Of a stretch of DNA of 64,000 bases, positions 1 to 13,000 are shown piece by piece (position 1 is the first letter of the stretch; the number at the start of each line of letters is the position of its first letter). This DNA comes from Dendrobates tinctorius (taxonomy: Eukaryota): the NCBI RefSeq assembly GCF_039654945.1, contig NW_027361677.1, positions 13,454,001 through 13,518,000 of the forward strand, written 5' to 3'. Made by a program: the position numbers and the translations under genes. The notes under the pieces were generated by a model. That model did no database searches. It was not told the origin of the DNA and saw only the letters and a program-made list of their open reading frames with translations.

Positions 1-330
1 ATTTTGTGGAATAACCATGATTTTTAATCACAGCTTTCATGCGTCTTGGCATGCTTTCCACCAGTCTTTCACACTGCTTCTGGCTCAAAAATTTTAAGCA
101 GTTCTTCTTTGTTTGATGGCTTGTGACGATCCATCTTCATCTTGATTACATTCCAAGGTTTTCAATGGGGTTCAGGTCGGGAGAATGGGCTGCCCATGAC
201 AGGGTTTTGGAGTGGTGGTCTCTTAATTTTTGCCAGAGCTGTATATCTTAAACTTCTCTCTACAGTTTCAGAATTTTTTTTTGAAGCTGGCAATTTTGCG
301 CCACAAATTTTATCCCAAATGAGTGTTCTT
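1..330 (-). mobile_element. Decayed Tc1-family transposase fragment (C-terminal part)
   Basis: Reverse complement of ~135-195 reads [16 protein letters not shown], the Tc1 catalytic-E motif. No intact ORF; the element runs off the window edge. Confidence 0.75.
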
Positions 331-597
331 TTTTTATTTTGATACTTTCCCTCTGAAGACACTATAGGTGGCCCATTTTGAGATAAGTATAATACCATCA
401 GCTCAGCTATCACATTAAAGAATGCTTTTGTCATACCGTAATCTTAGAGAGTAGCTATACTTTATTGTAATTTTTCAGAATAAGATGTCATGTCTATGTG
501 TACATGAGGAATAACAACATTTCTGGCCACTATATGTACTTTATTTTGCATTTTCAACCTTTTTCACCAGTTACCCTTCTGTAGGCAATTGTAATTG

Positions 598-757
598 ACT
601 CTGAGCTAGTGAGTGGAGACTAGCAGCTAGGATGACTCCTTTACACATTAACTCAGAGCTAGTGGGTGGAGACTAGCTGATAGGATGACTCCTTTACACA
701 TTAACTCAGAGCTAGTGGGTGGAGACTAGCTGCTAGGATGACTCCTTTACCCATTAA
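598..757. repeat. 53-bp tandem repeat x3
   Basis: ACTCAGAGCTAGTGGGTGGAGACTAGC...CCTTTACACATTA units start at 598, 651 and 704. Confidence 0.9.
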
Positions 758-1708
758 ACACAGACATGAATGATTCATTTTTTCTTCACCTAACGTAACA
801 CATAGAAAGAAGCAGTAACAGCGTGGAGGAAATTACACAGCACTACTGAGCAGTGCAGTTGTGAATCCATCTCTGGCAAAAGCTAACATTAAAAAGCTGC
901 AACACATTTTTTTAACTTGTGTCTGTCTTTGCTCTTCTCTCAATCTCCCCTTTCTATAGACTTCAATATGTTATGTAACCTAACACCTCATTGTGCTAAT
1001 GGTGTATTTTGACTTGTATGATACATATCTGAACTGTTTTTGAAGACATTGCTCATAAGTGGAGAAAGAAGCAGATTCCTCTGATAAGTTATATGACAAA
1101 ATTTCTTACATATGCTTGGACTGTTGAGTTATGCAATGTTTGTTGAAGGCACAGTGAACTTTTAAATGGAGTCAGCCCAGTATTGGACATAGAGGAGAGG
1201 ATTTCCAGTGGCTAAAATCAAAATCGGGTCCCTCTAATAATGTTGGCTTATTTCACTATACATCTCATTATTGTAGGCAACCATCCCAGCAATTGATACC
1301 TTTCCTAAGGTTCTTCAATACTTGATGACTTTACCCTCATTCAGCTAACAGCTGCCAGACAACTCTGATGGTGGTTTATCTGCTAAAAGAACACAACTAT
1401 ATGGCATTGAAATTCACCTTTTTCTCGCCAATATTATGTGTCAGTAGAGTGTCAGGACTCAGGAAGTCCAGAGACATATAATATAGTTGGCCAGTTCCCC
1501 CAAAATTAATGGGTTTGGTCAACATTACTTGGAAGTTGGGTACTTGCAACTATTGTCAATGAGTGTAGACCATGATATCTTGAATATATTATAGAGTCTT
1601 TTGAGCAATGACTGAATAGAGTTCAGATACTTTACACAAGAAATTCCTGGAATATCCTGGAGATCAGAAACTTGAGTGATTGACCAGTGTAGTTGAGTTT
1701 GTGCACAC

Positions 1709-1882
1709 CAGTGTTTCCAAACGCCAGTCCTCACGGCCCCCAACAGATCAGGTTTTCAGGAATTCCTCAGTATTGCATTGGTGATGAAATTATCATCAAG
1801 ACATCAGAAGCTGTGCAATACTAAAGAAACCTGAAAACAAGATCTGTCGGTGGACATGTGGAGTGGAGTTTGGGAAATATTG
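1709..1882. mobile_element. hAT-type MITE
   Basis: CAGTGTTTCCAAAC...GTTTGGGAAATATTG termini, internal inverted GTTTTCAGG/CCTGAAAAC, degenerate 8-bp TSD GTGCACAC/GTGTAGAC. Confidence 0.7.
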
Positions 1883-2016
1883 GTGTAGACCAACACCTAA
1901 TAGTGACTAACTAAACTAATATCTCTTGTTTTATTATTATGAACATTGGTTAGATATGTTTGTAATACTCTCCAAAATAGATGTCTCCAATTTAAGTGCA
2001 ATTCTAGACACAGTAC

Positions 2017-2270
2017 CTTATGGGACTTGAGATCGAATCGGGGTCTCGAGCGGTCACCTGGCCAATAACACCATTGATGGCAGCATTTTCATGAACTTCC
2101 AGAAGATAAGTAGGTGATGAAAACACCGGTGGCTCGTCTGCATCCTCCACTGTAACTTTGACTGTTGCGGTATCTTTGAAGGGGACCCCACTGATGAAAT
2201 GTGGATCAATATGAGTATTGACGGCTTCTACCTTCAGTATATAGGATTTTTTGCTCTCGAAGTCCAAAGG
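2017..2270 (-). CDS. CDH8: Type II cadherin coding exon (EC3/EC4), 254 bp
   Basis: Translates to PLDFESKKSYILKVEAVNTHIDPHFISGVPFKDTATVKVTVEDADEPPVFSSPTYLLEVHENAAINGVIGQVTARDPDSISSPIR. The segment PPVFSSPTYLLEVHENAA...VIGQVTARDPD matches CDH8 as I recall it rather than CDH11. AG at 2271-2272, GT at 2015-2016; 254-bp size is conserved. Confidence 0.93.
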
Positions 2271-4019
2271 CTGTTAAGAATGACAAAGATAAATGTCTCT
2301 TACTAATGACCACAGAGGCAAGAACAAATGAATTTAATGCTGATGGATGAAAGCTATGTTCATTTAAGCACATTGACTGAGTTTTAATGCAACCACAGTA
2401 TCGGCCATGTGCTTGCTCGGACCGAGCCTGTAAATTGTGCCGGCATTTATTGATATCTGTTTACGTTGCCTCCAAAGAAGTCAATCTTTTTTGTTCCCCA
2501 TCCTCTTTGCCTTTCTCTCTTGAGCTGGATATTGCAGAATGTTCTTAGTCTGCGGTTCGAGAGTTAGAATTGTCGCAACAGATAGACAGTAAAACTTTAT
2601 CAGTGATTACTCTACCGGCACATTGCTAAAATTCCTAATCAGTGACTCGCCAGTAAAAAATAATAAACGAGGTGATTTCTAATACAGCCTCGAGGTGCTA
2701 TAAATATTTTAGTATTTCTTAGACAATGCATAAAATACAAGGGAATACGTGAAGCCGCGGTAGTATTATGCATGGCAATAAGCCTTTATCTAGCACGTGC
2801 ATTATTTTTTAACACTTGAGCACTTTTTTTGTTTATTACTCCCTTAAAATCAATTTTAACGATAGCATTACTTGTGGGTTTCATCGTTTCTGCATTTTTA
2901 CAAGGAAATTCCAAAAATGCGTCGCTCAACGTTCTGACCGGATAGTGTAACATTGGTAGGTAGTAATGTCAACTTTTGCCTTCTATCGTTCTCTTTTCAC
3001 TTTAAACAGTTTTGCAAGTACATTTTATTTCCTTCCTTTTTTTAGTATCTACAGCTAATCTGTAGAAAACAGCTGATATCAGAAACAAGTGGAATTAAAA
3101 GTAGCTAATGGCATGTGCGCAGTTTAATGAGAAATGTCAATCTCTCATCAGCTGTCGCAATTTGACTCAAATCTTCTAATTTAGGAGGTTGACTCTGTCA
3201 AGAAAGTTTGCTTCAAAAATAGAAACATACTTGTTACATTTCGAAAAGACGTAGACAGGACAACGTATCAATCACCCTCCATCTCCATATGGCGACGGGG
3301 ATGGAAGTTGGCGCTATAACGTGAGCGACAAACTTACAGTAAATTAAGCATTGGCTCAAAACATGCAAATGGCTCCTTTTCATAGAATTTGATTTTAAAA
3401 ACTCTTTTGGAATTTCATAATATGAGAAAATTTTTGAAAGTTTCACTAAATTTTTCATGTTGTACTAAAATTGTAATGGCTGTAGAGTTGAAAAAACATG
3501 GTTGTGGAGACATTAGCAAAGTATTTGGCATCTTATTACTTTAGTCTCAGGCTTTATTCAGATGTCTGAATTTTGCACATGAGTGCTGTCCGTGATATAT
3601 GTGATATTCTATGGAGCCATTCATATGTCCAATTTTTGCCTGGGACTGAGAGATCATTGGAAAATATCGAAGACATGTCCGATTTTGGTATGTGGGACAG
3701 ATCAAAATCGGCGGTACAAGACAATGGATGCGTGAAAAAAATCGGGCTGCGCTGGGATGACAACCAAGTGTGGTCGAATTTCCATGGACTGTCCGAATGG
3801 AAAAATTGGAGAATTTGTTTTTTTTTCAATTCTCCATGAACAAGAAACTAGGATGACACTCGTACAACTCTGATCAGAGACAGATCAGAATATTCGGGAA
3901 GATTTTCTCATACGTGAAAAATATTGGATGTGTAATTGACATCTAAGAGCTTGTTTTCACTGGGGGCATGTACTTCTCTCTGTATGAGTTGCTAACCGAC
4001 AGCACCTTCTTGGACTTAA

Positions 4020-4344
4020 AGAGGTTGTCCAGTCTTGGGGTACAAGTCTACAGTAACCATATGTGACTGTAGGCTTGGGAATCCTAACAGTTAGAGCACT
4101 CCACACTGTCAGGATTCTCCGGTGCTGGTGTCAGAAGGGGGTGTCCATGTGACCGCAAATCTTTGACTTACATACATTCTGACTAGACTTGTCCAGCCTC
4201 GCTCAATTCACATGCATTGAGTGAAGCCACACACATCTATTTGGCACTTGTTCGCATGTATGCAAATAGCAAATCCTAACAGTGTGCACCGTTCGCTCAA
4301 ATACAGTGACTGCAGATTTGTTCCCCAAGGCCGGACAACCCCAT
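4020..4344. mobile_element. Kolobok/T2-family MITE
   Basis: TTAA|AGAGGTTGTCCAGTCTTGGGG ... CCCCAAGGCCGGACAACCCCAT|TTAA. Confidence 0.75.
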
Positions 4345-4572
4345 TTAAAAAAATTGAACACATTAGGTGCCAAATATATTGATTGCTAATATCTCTGCAA
4401 CAGAGGGGCAGAATTGAAAGCAAGCAAAATCTTTTTACTCCTCTCTGCAGCTACTATTACATCTTGTGACTAGTTCAAGGAGAACAATTTGGTGAAAAAT
4501 TCTCTTTAAATTGGCAAGATTGGGAAGTAGAAAGAGAATGTATGCAGCCCATGCATTCTACTAAAAGCTTAA

Positions 4573-5425
4573 AGAGTAATTACGGTATTTGAATTTTAAT
4601 GTCATGAATCTGATTCTTGATTTTGAAAAATTCTCAAGTCACTGGTAAAATCTGTATGCAGTGAAGACAGATTTTTACATTACTAAGATAGGAGATGATG
4701 AGCTACTACTCCTAACACTTTATGTAGATTGGAGGAAGATGATGAAGGTGGAGCTCTGCCTTTAGTGACTCCCTTCTTGCTCCTCCCCTTTACATTAAAG
4801 ATAATCTGTCACTAGGTTTTATCTGAGAGCAACATAATGTAGGGGCAGCCTGATCCCTAGGAAGTCACTTGCTCTGCAGCTTGCTATAGTTTCAGTACAA
4901 TCAGTGTTTTATCAACAGGAGATTATCACTGCAGGACTAGTCATCAAATGCCAGGCAGTCTAGTAAATCTGTATAATTCTGCCCCCCGCCACTGATTGGC
5001 AGAATTCTGACAATGTACAGTGTACACAGAAAGCTGTCATACATGGGTGTGGGCGGAGTCAAACAAGGATCAGCATTGTGAGCACGGCTACATCTACAAT
5101 AGAGAAAACATGGATTTTTTTTTTCAAAACTGCACCAAGCAGTACCATATATGATACCTCACTGTTATCAGGGTCTCTGCGCTTATATCATGCTTCTTTC
5201 AGATTCCATAGCAAAAATCTGTTGACAGATTCCCTTTAAATCTTACTAGCAGCCACTGTCCTCTCCTGTCTCAGTAAGAGTCACTGAATGCCGTTTTTAC
5301 CAGTCAATTGTGAACTTTGAAAATAAATGACGGCAAATTTCACTGATAAGATTCATTAGAAAGTTGCTTATTTTCACACATTCCCTTGATTTATGCAATA
5401 AAAAAAATATATTGACGATTACTCT
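4573..5425. mobile_element. Older Kolobok/T2-type MITE interrupted by a second MITE
   Basis: TTAA|AGAGTAAT ... ATTACTCT|TTAA, with internal inverted segments (CACTGGTAAAA/TTTTACCAGTC; TACTAAGATAGGAGA/TCTCCTGTCTCAGTA). Confidence 0.65.
4799..5235. mobile_element. Kolobok/T2-family MITE nested in the previous element
   Basis: TTAA|AGATAATCTGTCA ... TGACAGATTCCCT|TTAA. Confidence 0.75.
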
Positions 5426-5429
5426 TTAA

Positions 5430-8400
5430 CCCCTTCACTACCAAGGGTGGTTTGCACGTTAACTACCGGGCCAATTTTTACAATTCTGACCACTGTCCCT
5501 TTATGAGGTCATAACTCTGGAACGCTTCCATGGATCCCGGTGATTCTGACATTGTTTTCTCGTGACATATTGTACTTCATGATAGTGGTAAAATTGCATT
5601 CAAATAACTTGCGTTTATTTGTGAAAAAAACGGAAATTTGGCAAAAATTTTGAAAATTTCGCAATTTTCCAACTTTGAATTTTTATGCCCTTAAATCACA
5701 GCGATACGGCACACAAAAAACTTAATACATAACATTTCCCACATGTTTACTTTACATGAGCACAATTTTGGAACCAAAATTTTTTTTTGTTAGGAAGTTA
5801 TAAGTGTTAAAAATTGACCAGCGATTTCTCATTTTTGCAACACCATTTTATTTTTAGGGACCACTTCACATTTGAAGCCACTTTGAGGGGTCTATATGAT
5901 AGAAAATACCCAAAAGTGACACCATTCTAAAAAATGCACCCCTTAAGGTGCTTAAAACCACATTCAAGAAGTTTATTAACCCTTTAGGTGCGTCACAGGA
6001 ATTTTTTGAATATTAAAAAAAAAAATGAACATTTAACTTTTTTTCACAAAAAAAATACTTCAGGTTCAATTTTCTTTATTTTACCAAGGGTAACAGGAGA
6101 AATTGGACTGCAAAAATTATTGTGCAATTTGTCCTGAGTACGCTGATACCTGATATGTGGGGGGGAACCACTGTTTCGGCGCATGGCAGACCTCAGTAGG
6201 GAAGGAGCGCCGTTTGACTTTTTCAATGCAAAATTGGCTGGAATTCAGATCGGACGCCATGCCGCGTTTGGAGAGCCCCTGATGTACCTAAACACTAGAA
6301 ACCCCCCACAAATGACACCATTTTGGAAACTAGACCCCCCAAGGAACTTATCTAGATGTGTGGTGAGCACTTTGAACCCCCCAGTGCTTCACTGAAGTTT
6401 ATAACGTACAGCAGTACAATTAAAAAATCATATTTTTTCCACAAAAATGATCTTTTCACCCTCAATTCTTATTTTTCCAAAAGTAACAGGACCATAAAAG
6501 ATATTGTGCAATTTATCCTGAGTACGCTGATACCCCACATGTGGGGGTAAACCACTATTTGGGTGTATGGCAGAGCTCGGAAGGGAAGCAGCACCATTTG
6601 ACGTTTTTGGCTGGAATTGAGATCGGACACCATGTCGCGTTAGGAAAGCCCCTGATGTACCAAAACAGTAGAAACCCCCCACAAATGACACCATTTTGGA
6701 AACTAGACCCCCCAAGGAACTTATCTAGATGTGTGGTGAGCACTTTGAACCCCCCAGTGCTTCACTGAAGTTTATAACGTCCGGGCGTGAAAATAAAAAA
6801 ATCGTATTTTTTCTACAAACATGATCAATTAGTCCCCAATTTTTTTATTTTCCCAAGGGTAACAGGAGAAATTGGACCCCATAAGTTGTTGTCCAATTTG
6901 TCCTGAGTACGCTGATACCTCATATGTGGGAGAAAACTACTGTATGGGCACACATCAGGGCTCGGAAGGGAAGTAGTGACGTTTTGGAATGCAGACTTTG
7001 ATGGCATGGTCTGCGGGTGTCATGTTGCTTTTGGAGAGCCCCTGATGTACCTAAACAGTGGAAACTCCCCACAAGTGACCCCATTTTGGAAACTAGACCC
7101 CCTAATGAACTTATCTAGATGTGTGGTGAGCACTTTGAACCCCCCAGTGCTTCACAGAAGTTTATAACGACCGGGCGTGAAAATAAAAATATCGTATTTT
7201 TTCAACAAACATCATAATTTAGTCCCCAATTTTTTTATTTTCCCAAGGGTAACAGGAGAAATTGGACCCCATAAGTTGTTGTCCAATTTGTCCTGAGTAC
7301 GCTGATACCTCATATGTGGGAGAAAACTACTGTATGGGCACACGTCGGGGCTCGGAAGGGAAGTAGTGACGTTTTGGAATGCAGACTTTGATGGATTGGT
7401 CTGCGGGTGTCATGTGCGTTTGGAGAGCCCCTGATGTACCTAAACTATTGAAACTCCCCACAAGTGACCCCATTTTGGAAACTAGACCCCCCACGGAGCT
7501 TATCTAGATGTGTGGAGAGCACTTTGAACCCCCAAGTGCTTCACAGAAGTTTATAACGCCTGGGCGTGAAAATAAAAAAAACATTTTTTTCCGCAAAATT
7601 ATATTTTTGCCCCCAATTTTTTATTTTCCTAAGGGTAACAGGAGAAATTGGACCCCAAAAGTTGTTTTGTAATTTGTCCTGAGTAGGCTGATACCCTACA
7701 TGTGGGGGTAAAACACTGTTTGGGCGCACGGCAGAGCTTGGAAGGGAAGGAGCACCATTTGACTTTTTCAACGCAGAATTGGCTGGAACTGAGATCAGAC
7801 GCCATGTTGCCTTTGGAGAGCACCTGATGTGCCCAAACAGTGGAAACCCCCCAATTATAACTCCAACCCTAACCCTAACACACCCCTAACCCTAATCTGA
7901 GCCCTAGCCCTAACCCTAGCCCTAACCCTAGCCCTAACCCTACCCTAACCCTAACCCTAGCGGGAAAATGTAAATAAATACATTTTCTTTTAGTTTTATT
8001 ATTTTTCCCTAACTAAGGGGGTGATAACGGGGGGTTTGATTTACTATTTATGGCGGTTTTTATGTTTGTCGGCTGTCATACGCTAAAAGACGCTTTTTAT
8101 TGTAAAAGTAGTTTTTGCATCACCACATATTGAGAGCTATAATTTTTCCGTATTTTGACCCACCGAGTCATGTGAGGTCTTATTTTTTGTGGGACGAGTT
8201 GACGTTTTTATTGGTACCATTTTCGGGCACGTGACATTTTTTGATCGCTTTTTATTCCGATTTTTGGGACGCAGAATGAACAAAAACCAGCATTTCATTA
8301 ATTTCTTTTGGGGGGGTGCGTTTACACCGTTCCGCGTGCGGTAAAATTGATAAAGCGGTTTTATTCTTCGGGTCAGTACGGTTACAGCGATACCTCATTT

Positions 8401-9431
8401 AGGTCGTTTTTTTATGTTTTGTCAGTTTTTTGCAATGAAAACCATTTTATATAAAAAATAATTATTTTTGTATCGCTTTATTCTGCGAGCTATAACTTTT
8501 TTATTTTTTTGCGGATGATGCTGTATGGTGGCTCGTTTTTTGCGGGACAAGATGACGTTTTCAGCGGTACCATGGATATTTATATGTGTCTTTTTGATCG
8601 CGCGTTATTGCACTTTTTGTTCGGTGGTATGATAATAAATCATTATTTTTTGCTTCGTTTTTTATTTTTATTTTTTAAGGGGTTCGCTAAAGGGGTTAAC
8701 TAATGGGACAGTTTTATAGGGCAGGTCATTACGGACGCGGCGATACCAAATATGTGTACTTTTATTGTTTTTGGGTTTTTTTATTTTGAAAAAATGGATT
8801 TATTGGGGAATATTTTTTTTTTTTTTACTAATTTATTTAGCGATTTTTTTTTATTATTTTTAACACTTTTTTTTTTTTTTTTTTTTACTTTATTACCTTG
8901 TCCCAGGTGGGACATCACTGTCCTGTGACAGATCACTGATCTGTCACATCACAGATCACTGTGACAGATCAGCGATCTGTCACAGGCACTGCTGCAGACT
9001 TCCTCATGCCTGCGCTTTGCAGGCACTGAGGAAGCCAGCTTCCTCAGGCCCCCGAAGACCCCCGTCGCCATCTTGGATTCGGGGGCCTGGAGGAAAGGAG
9101 CCCCCCGCAGCAGCGCTGCACATTGCGCTGCCGTGGGGGGCTCAGGGAAGCACGGAGGGAGCCCCCTCCCTGCCGATGCTTCCCTTTAACCCCCGGTACA
9201 CCGCGATCGCGTTTGATCGCGGTGTGCAAGGGGTTAACGTATCAGGGGCGGTCCGTGACCGCCCCTGACACATTGTGCCGGGTGTCAGCTATGATAATTA
9301 GCTGACACCCGGCCGCGATCAGCGGCGCTCACCACGTGGGCGCCGCTGATCATGGTGACGTAATATTCCGTCCATGGTAATTAGGTCCATGGTCACATGG
9401 ACGGAATATTACGTCAATTGTAGGCAAGGGG
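5430..9431 (+). mobile_element. Non-autonomous piggyBac-like element, copy A (4.0 kb)
   Basis: TTAA at 5426-5429 and 9432-9435. Imperfect TIR CCCCTTCACTACCAA / reverse complement CCCCTTGCCTACAAT. Internal ~370-390-bp tandem units (4 copies of CCATTTTGGAAACTAGACCCC). No transposase ORF. Confidence 0.85.
7865..7960 (-). repeat. Interstitial telomere-like tract (CCCTAA/CCCTAG)n inside copy A
   Basis: Direct reading: AACCCTAACCCTAA...CCCTAGCCCTAACCCTAGCCCTAACCCTAG. Confidence 0.9.
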
Positions 9432-9444
9432 TTAATTATATTAA

Positions 9445-9985
9445 CCCCTTACCTACAAAGGACGTAATATTCCGTCCATGTGACCATGGACCTAACTACC
9501 ATGGATGGAATATTATGTCCCAGCGATCAGCGGCGCCCACGTGGTGAGCGCCGCTGATCGCGGCTGGGTGTCAGCTAATTATCATAGCTGACACCCGGCA
9601 CAATGTGTCAGGGGCGGTCATGGACCGCCCCCGACACGTTAACCCCTTGCACACCGCGATCAAACGCGATCGCGGTGTACCGGGGGTTAAAGGGAAGCAT
9701 CGGCAGGGAGGGGGCTCCCTCCGTGCTTCCCTGAGCCCCCCACGGCAGCGCAATGTGCAGCGCTGCCGCGGGGGACTCCTTTCCTCCTGGCCCCCGAATC
9801 CAAGATGGCGACGGGGGCCTTTGGGGGCCTGCAGGAAGCTGGCTTCCTCAGTGCCTGCAAAGCGCAGGCATGAGGAAGCCTTCTGCAGTGCCTGTGTCAG
9901 ATCGCTGATCTGTCACAGTGATCTGTGATGTGACAGATCAGCGATCTGTCACAGGACAGTGATGTCCCACCTGGGACAAGGTAAT

Positions 9986-10016
<31 letters not shown>

Positions 10017-13000
10017 TGTTAAAAATAATTTTAAAAAAATCGCTAAATAAATTAGTAAAAAAAAAAAAAAATATTCCCCAATAAATCCATTTTTTCAAAA
10101 TAAAAAAACCCAAAAACAATAAAAGTACACATATTTGGTATCGCCGCATCCGTAATGACCTGCCCTATAAAAATGTCCCATTAGTTAACCCCTTTAGCGA
10201 ACCCCTTAAAAAATAAAAATAAAAAACTAAGCAAAAAATAATGATTTATTATCATACCACCGAACAAAAAGTGCAATAACGCGCGATCAAAAAGACGCAT
10301 ATAAATATCCATGGTACCGCTGAAAACGTCATCTTGTCCCGCAAAAAACGAGCTGCCATACAGCATCATCCGCAAAAAAATAAAAAAGTTATAGCTCGCA
10401 GAATAAAGCGATACAAAAATAATCATTTTTTATATAAAATTGTTTTCATTGCAAAAAACCGACAAAACATAAAAAAAGACCTAAATGAGGTATCGCTGTA
10501 ACCGTACTGACCCGAAGAATAAAACCGCTTTATCAGTTTTATTGCACGCGGAACGGTGTAAACGCACCCCCCCAAAAGAAATTCATGAAACGCTGATTTT
10601 TGTTCATTCTGCATCACAAAAATCGAAATAATAAGCAATCAAAAAATGTCACGTGCCCGAAAATGGTACCAATAAAAACGTCAACTCGTCCCGCAAAAAA
10701 TAAGACCTCACATGACTTGGTGGGTCAAAATATGGAAATATTATAGCTCGCAATATGTGGTGATGCAAAAACTATTTTTACAATAAAAAGCGTCTTTTAG
10801 CGTGCGACAGCCGCCAAACATAAAAACCGCCATAAATCGTAAATCAAACCCCCCGTTATCACCCCCTTAGTTAGGGAAAAATAATAAAACTAAAAGAAAA
10901 TGTATTTATTTCCATTTTCCCGCTAGGGTTAGGGCTAGGGTTAGGGTTAGGGCTAGGGTTAGGGTTAGGGCTAGGGCTCAGATTAGGGTTAGGGGTGTGT
11001 TGAGGTTAGGGTTGGAGTTATAATTGGGGGGTTTCCACTGTTTGGGCACATCAGGTGCTCTCCAAAGGCAACATGGCGTCTGATCTCAATTCCAGCCAAT
11101 TCTGCGTTGAAAAAGTCAAATGGTGCTCCTTCCCTTCCAAGCTCTGCCATGCGCCCAAACAGTGTTTTACCCCCACATGTAGGGTATCAGCCTACTCAGG
11201 ACAAATTACAAAACAACTTTTGGGGTCCAATTTCTCCTGTTACCCTTAGGAAAATAAAAAATTGGGGGCAAAAATATAATTTTGCGGAAAAAAATGTTTT
11301 TTTTATTTTCACGCCCAGGCGTTATAAACTTCTGTGAAGCACTTGGGGGTTCAAAGTGCTCTCCACACATCTAGATAAGCTCCGTGGGGGGTCTAGTTTC
11401 CAAAATGGGGTCACTTGTGGGGAGTTTCAATAGTTTAGGTACATCAGGGGCTCTCCAAACGCACATGACACCCGCAGACCAATCCATCAAAGTCTGCATT
11501 CCAAAACGTCACTACTTCCCTTCCGAGCCCCGACGTGTGCCCATACAGTAGTTTTCTCCCACATATGAGGTATCAGCGTACTCAGGACAAATTGGACAAC
11601 AACTTTTGGGGTCCAATTTCTCTGTTACCCTTGGGAAAATAAAAAAATTGGGGACTAATTGATCATGTTTGTGGAAAAAATACAATTTTTTTATTTTCAT
11701 GCCTGGGCATTATAAACTTCTGTGAAGCCCTTGGGGGTTCAAAGTGCTCACCACACATCTAGATAAGTTCCTCAGGGGGTCTAGTTTCCAAAATGGGATC
11801 ATTTGTGGGGGGTTTCCACTGTTTAGGTACATTAGGGGCTCTCCAAAGGCAACATGACACCCACAGACCATTCCATCAAAGTCTGCATTCCAAAACGTCA
11901 CTACTTCCCTTCCGAGCCCCGACGTGTCCCCATACAGTAGTTTTCTCCCACATATGGGGTGTCAGCGTACTCAGGATAAATTGGACAACAACTTTTGGGG
12001 TCCAATTTCTCCTGTTACCCTTGGGAAAATAAAAAAATGGGGACTAAAAGATGATGTTTGTGGAAAAAATACGATTTTTTTATTTTCACGCCCGGACGTT
12101 ATAAACTTCAGTGAAGCACTGGGGGGTTCAAAGTGCTCACCACACATCTAGATAAGTTCCTTGGGGGGTCTAGTTTCCAAAATGGTGTCATTTGTGGGGG
12201 GTTTCTACTGTTTTGGTACATCAGGGGCTTTCCTAAAGCGACATGGTGTCCGATCTCAATTCCAGCCAAAAACGTCAAATGGCGCTGCTTCCCTTCCGAG
12301 CTCTGCCATGCGCCCAAATAGTGGTTTACACCCACATGTGGGGTATCAGCGTACTCAGGATAAATTGCACAATATCTTTTAGGGTCATGTTACTTTTGGA
12401 AAAATAAGTATTGAGGGTGAAAAGATCATTTTTGTGGAAAAAATATGATTTTTTAATTGTACTGCTGTACGTTATAAACTTCTGTGAAGCCCTTGGGGGT
12501 TCAAAGTTCTCACCACACATCTAGATAAGTTCCTTGGGGGGTCTAGATTCCAAAATGTTGTCATTTGTGGGGGGTTTCCACTGTTTTGGTACATCAGGGG
12601 TTTTCCAATCGCGACATGGTGTCCGATCTCAAATCTAGCCAAAAACGTCAAATGGCGCTGCTTCCCTTCCGAGCTGTGCTATGCGCCCAAATAGTCATTT
12701 ACACCCACATATGGGGTATCAGCGTACTGAGGACAAATTGCACAATAACTTTTAAGGTCCTGTTACCCTTGGAAAAATAAAAATTGGGGGTGAAAAGATC
12801 ATTTTTGTGGAAAAAATATGATTTTTTAATTGTACCGCTGTACGTTATAAACTTCTGTGAAGCCCTTGTGGGTTCAAAGTTCTCACCACATATCTAGATA
12901 AGTTCCTTGGGGGGTCTAGTTTCCAAAATGGGGTCAGTTGGGGGGTTTCCACTGTTTAGGTATATCAGGGGCTCTCCAAACGTGACATGGCGTCCGATCT

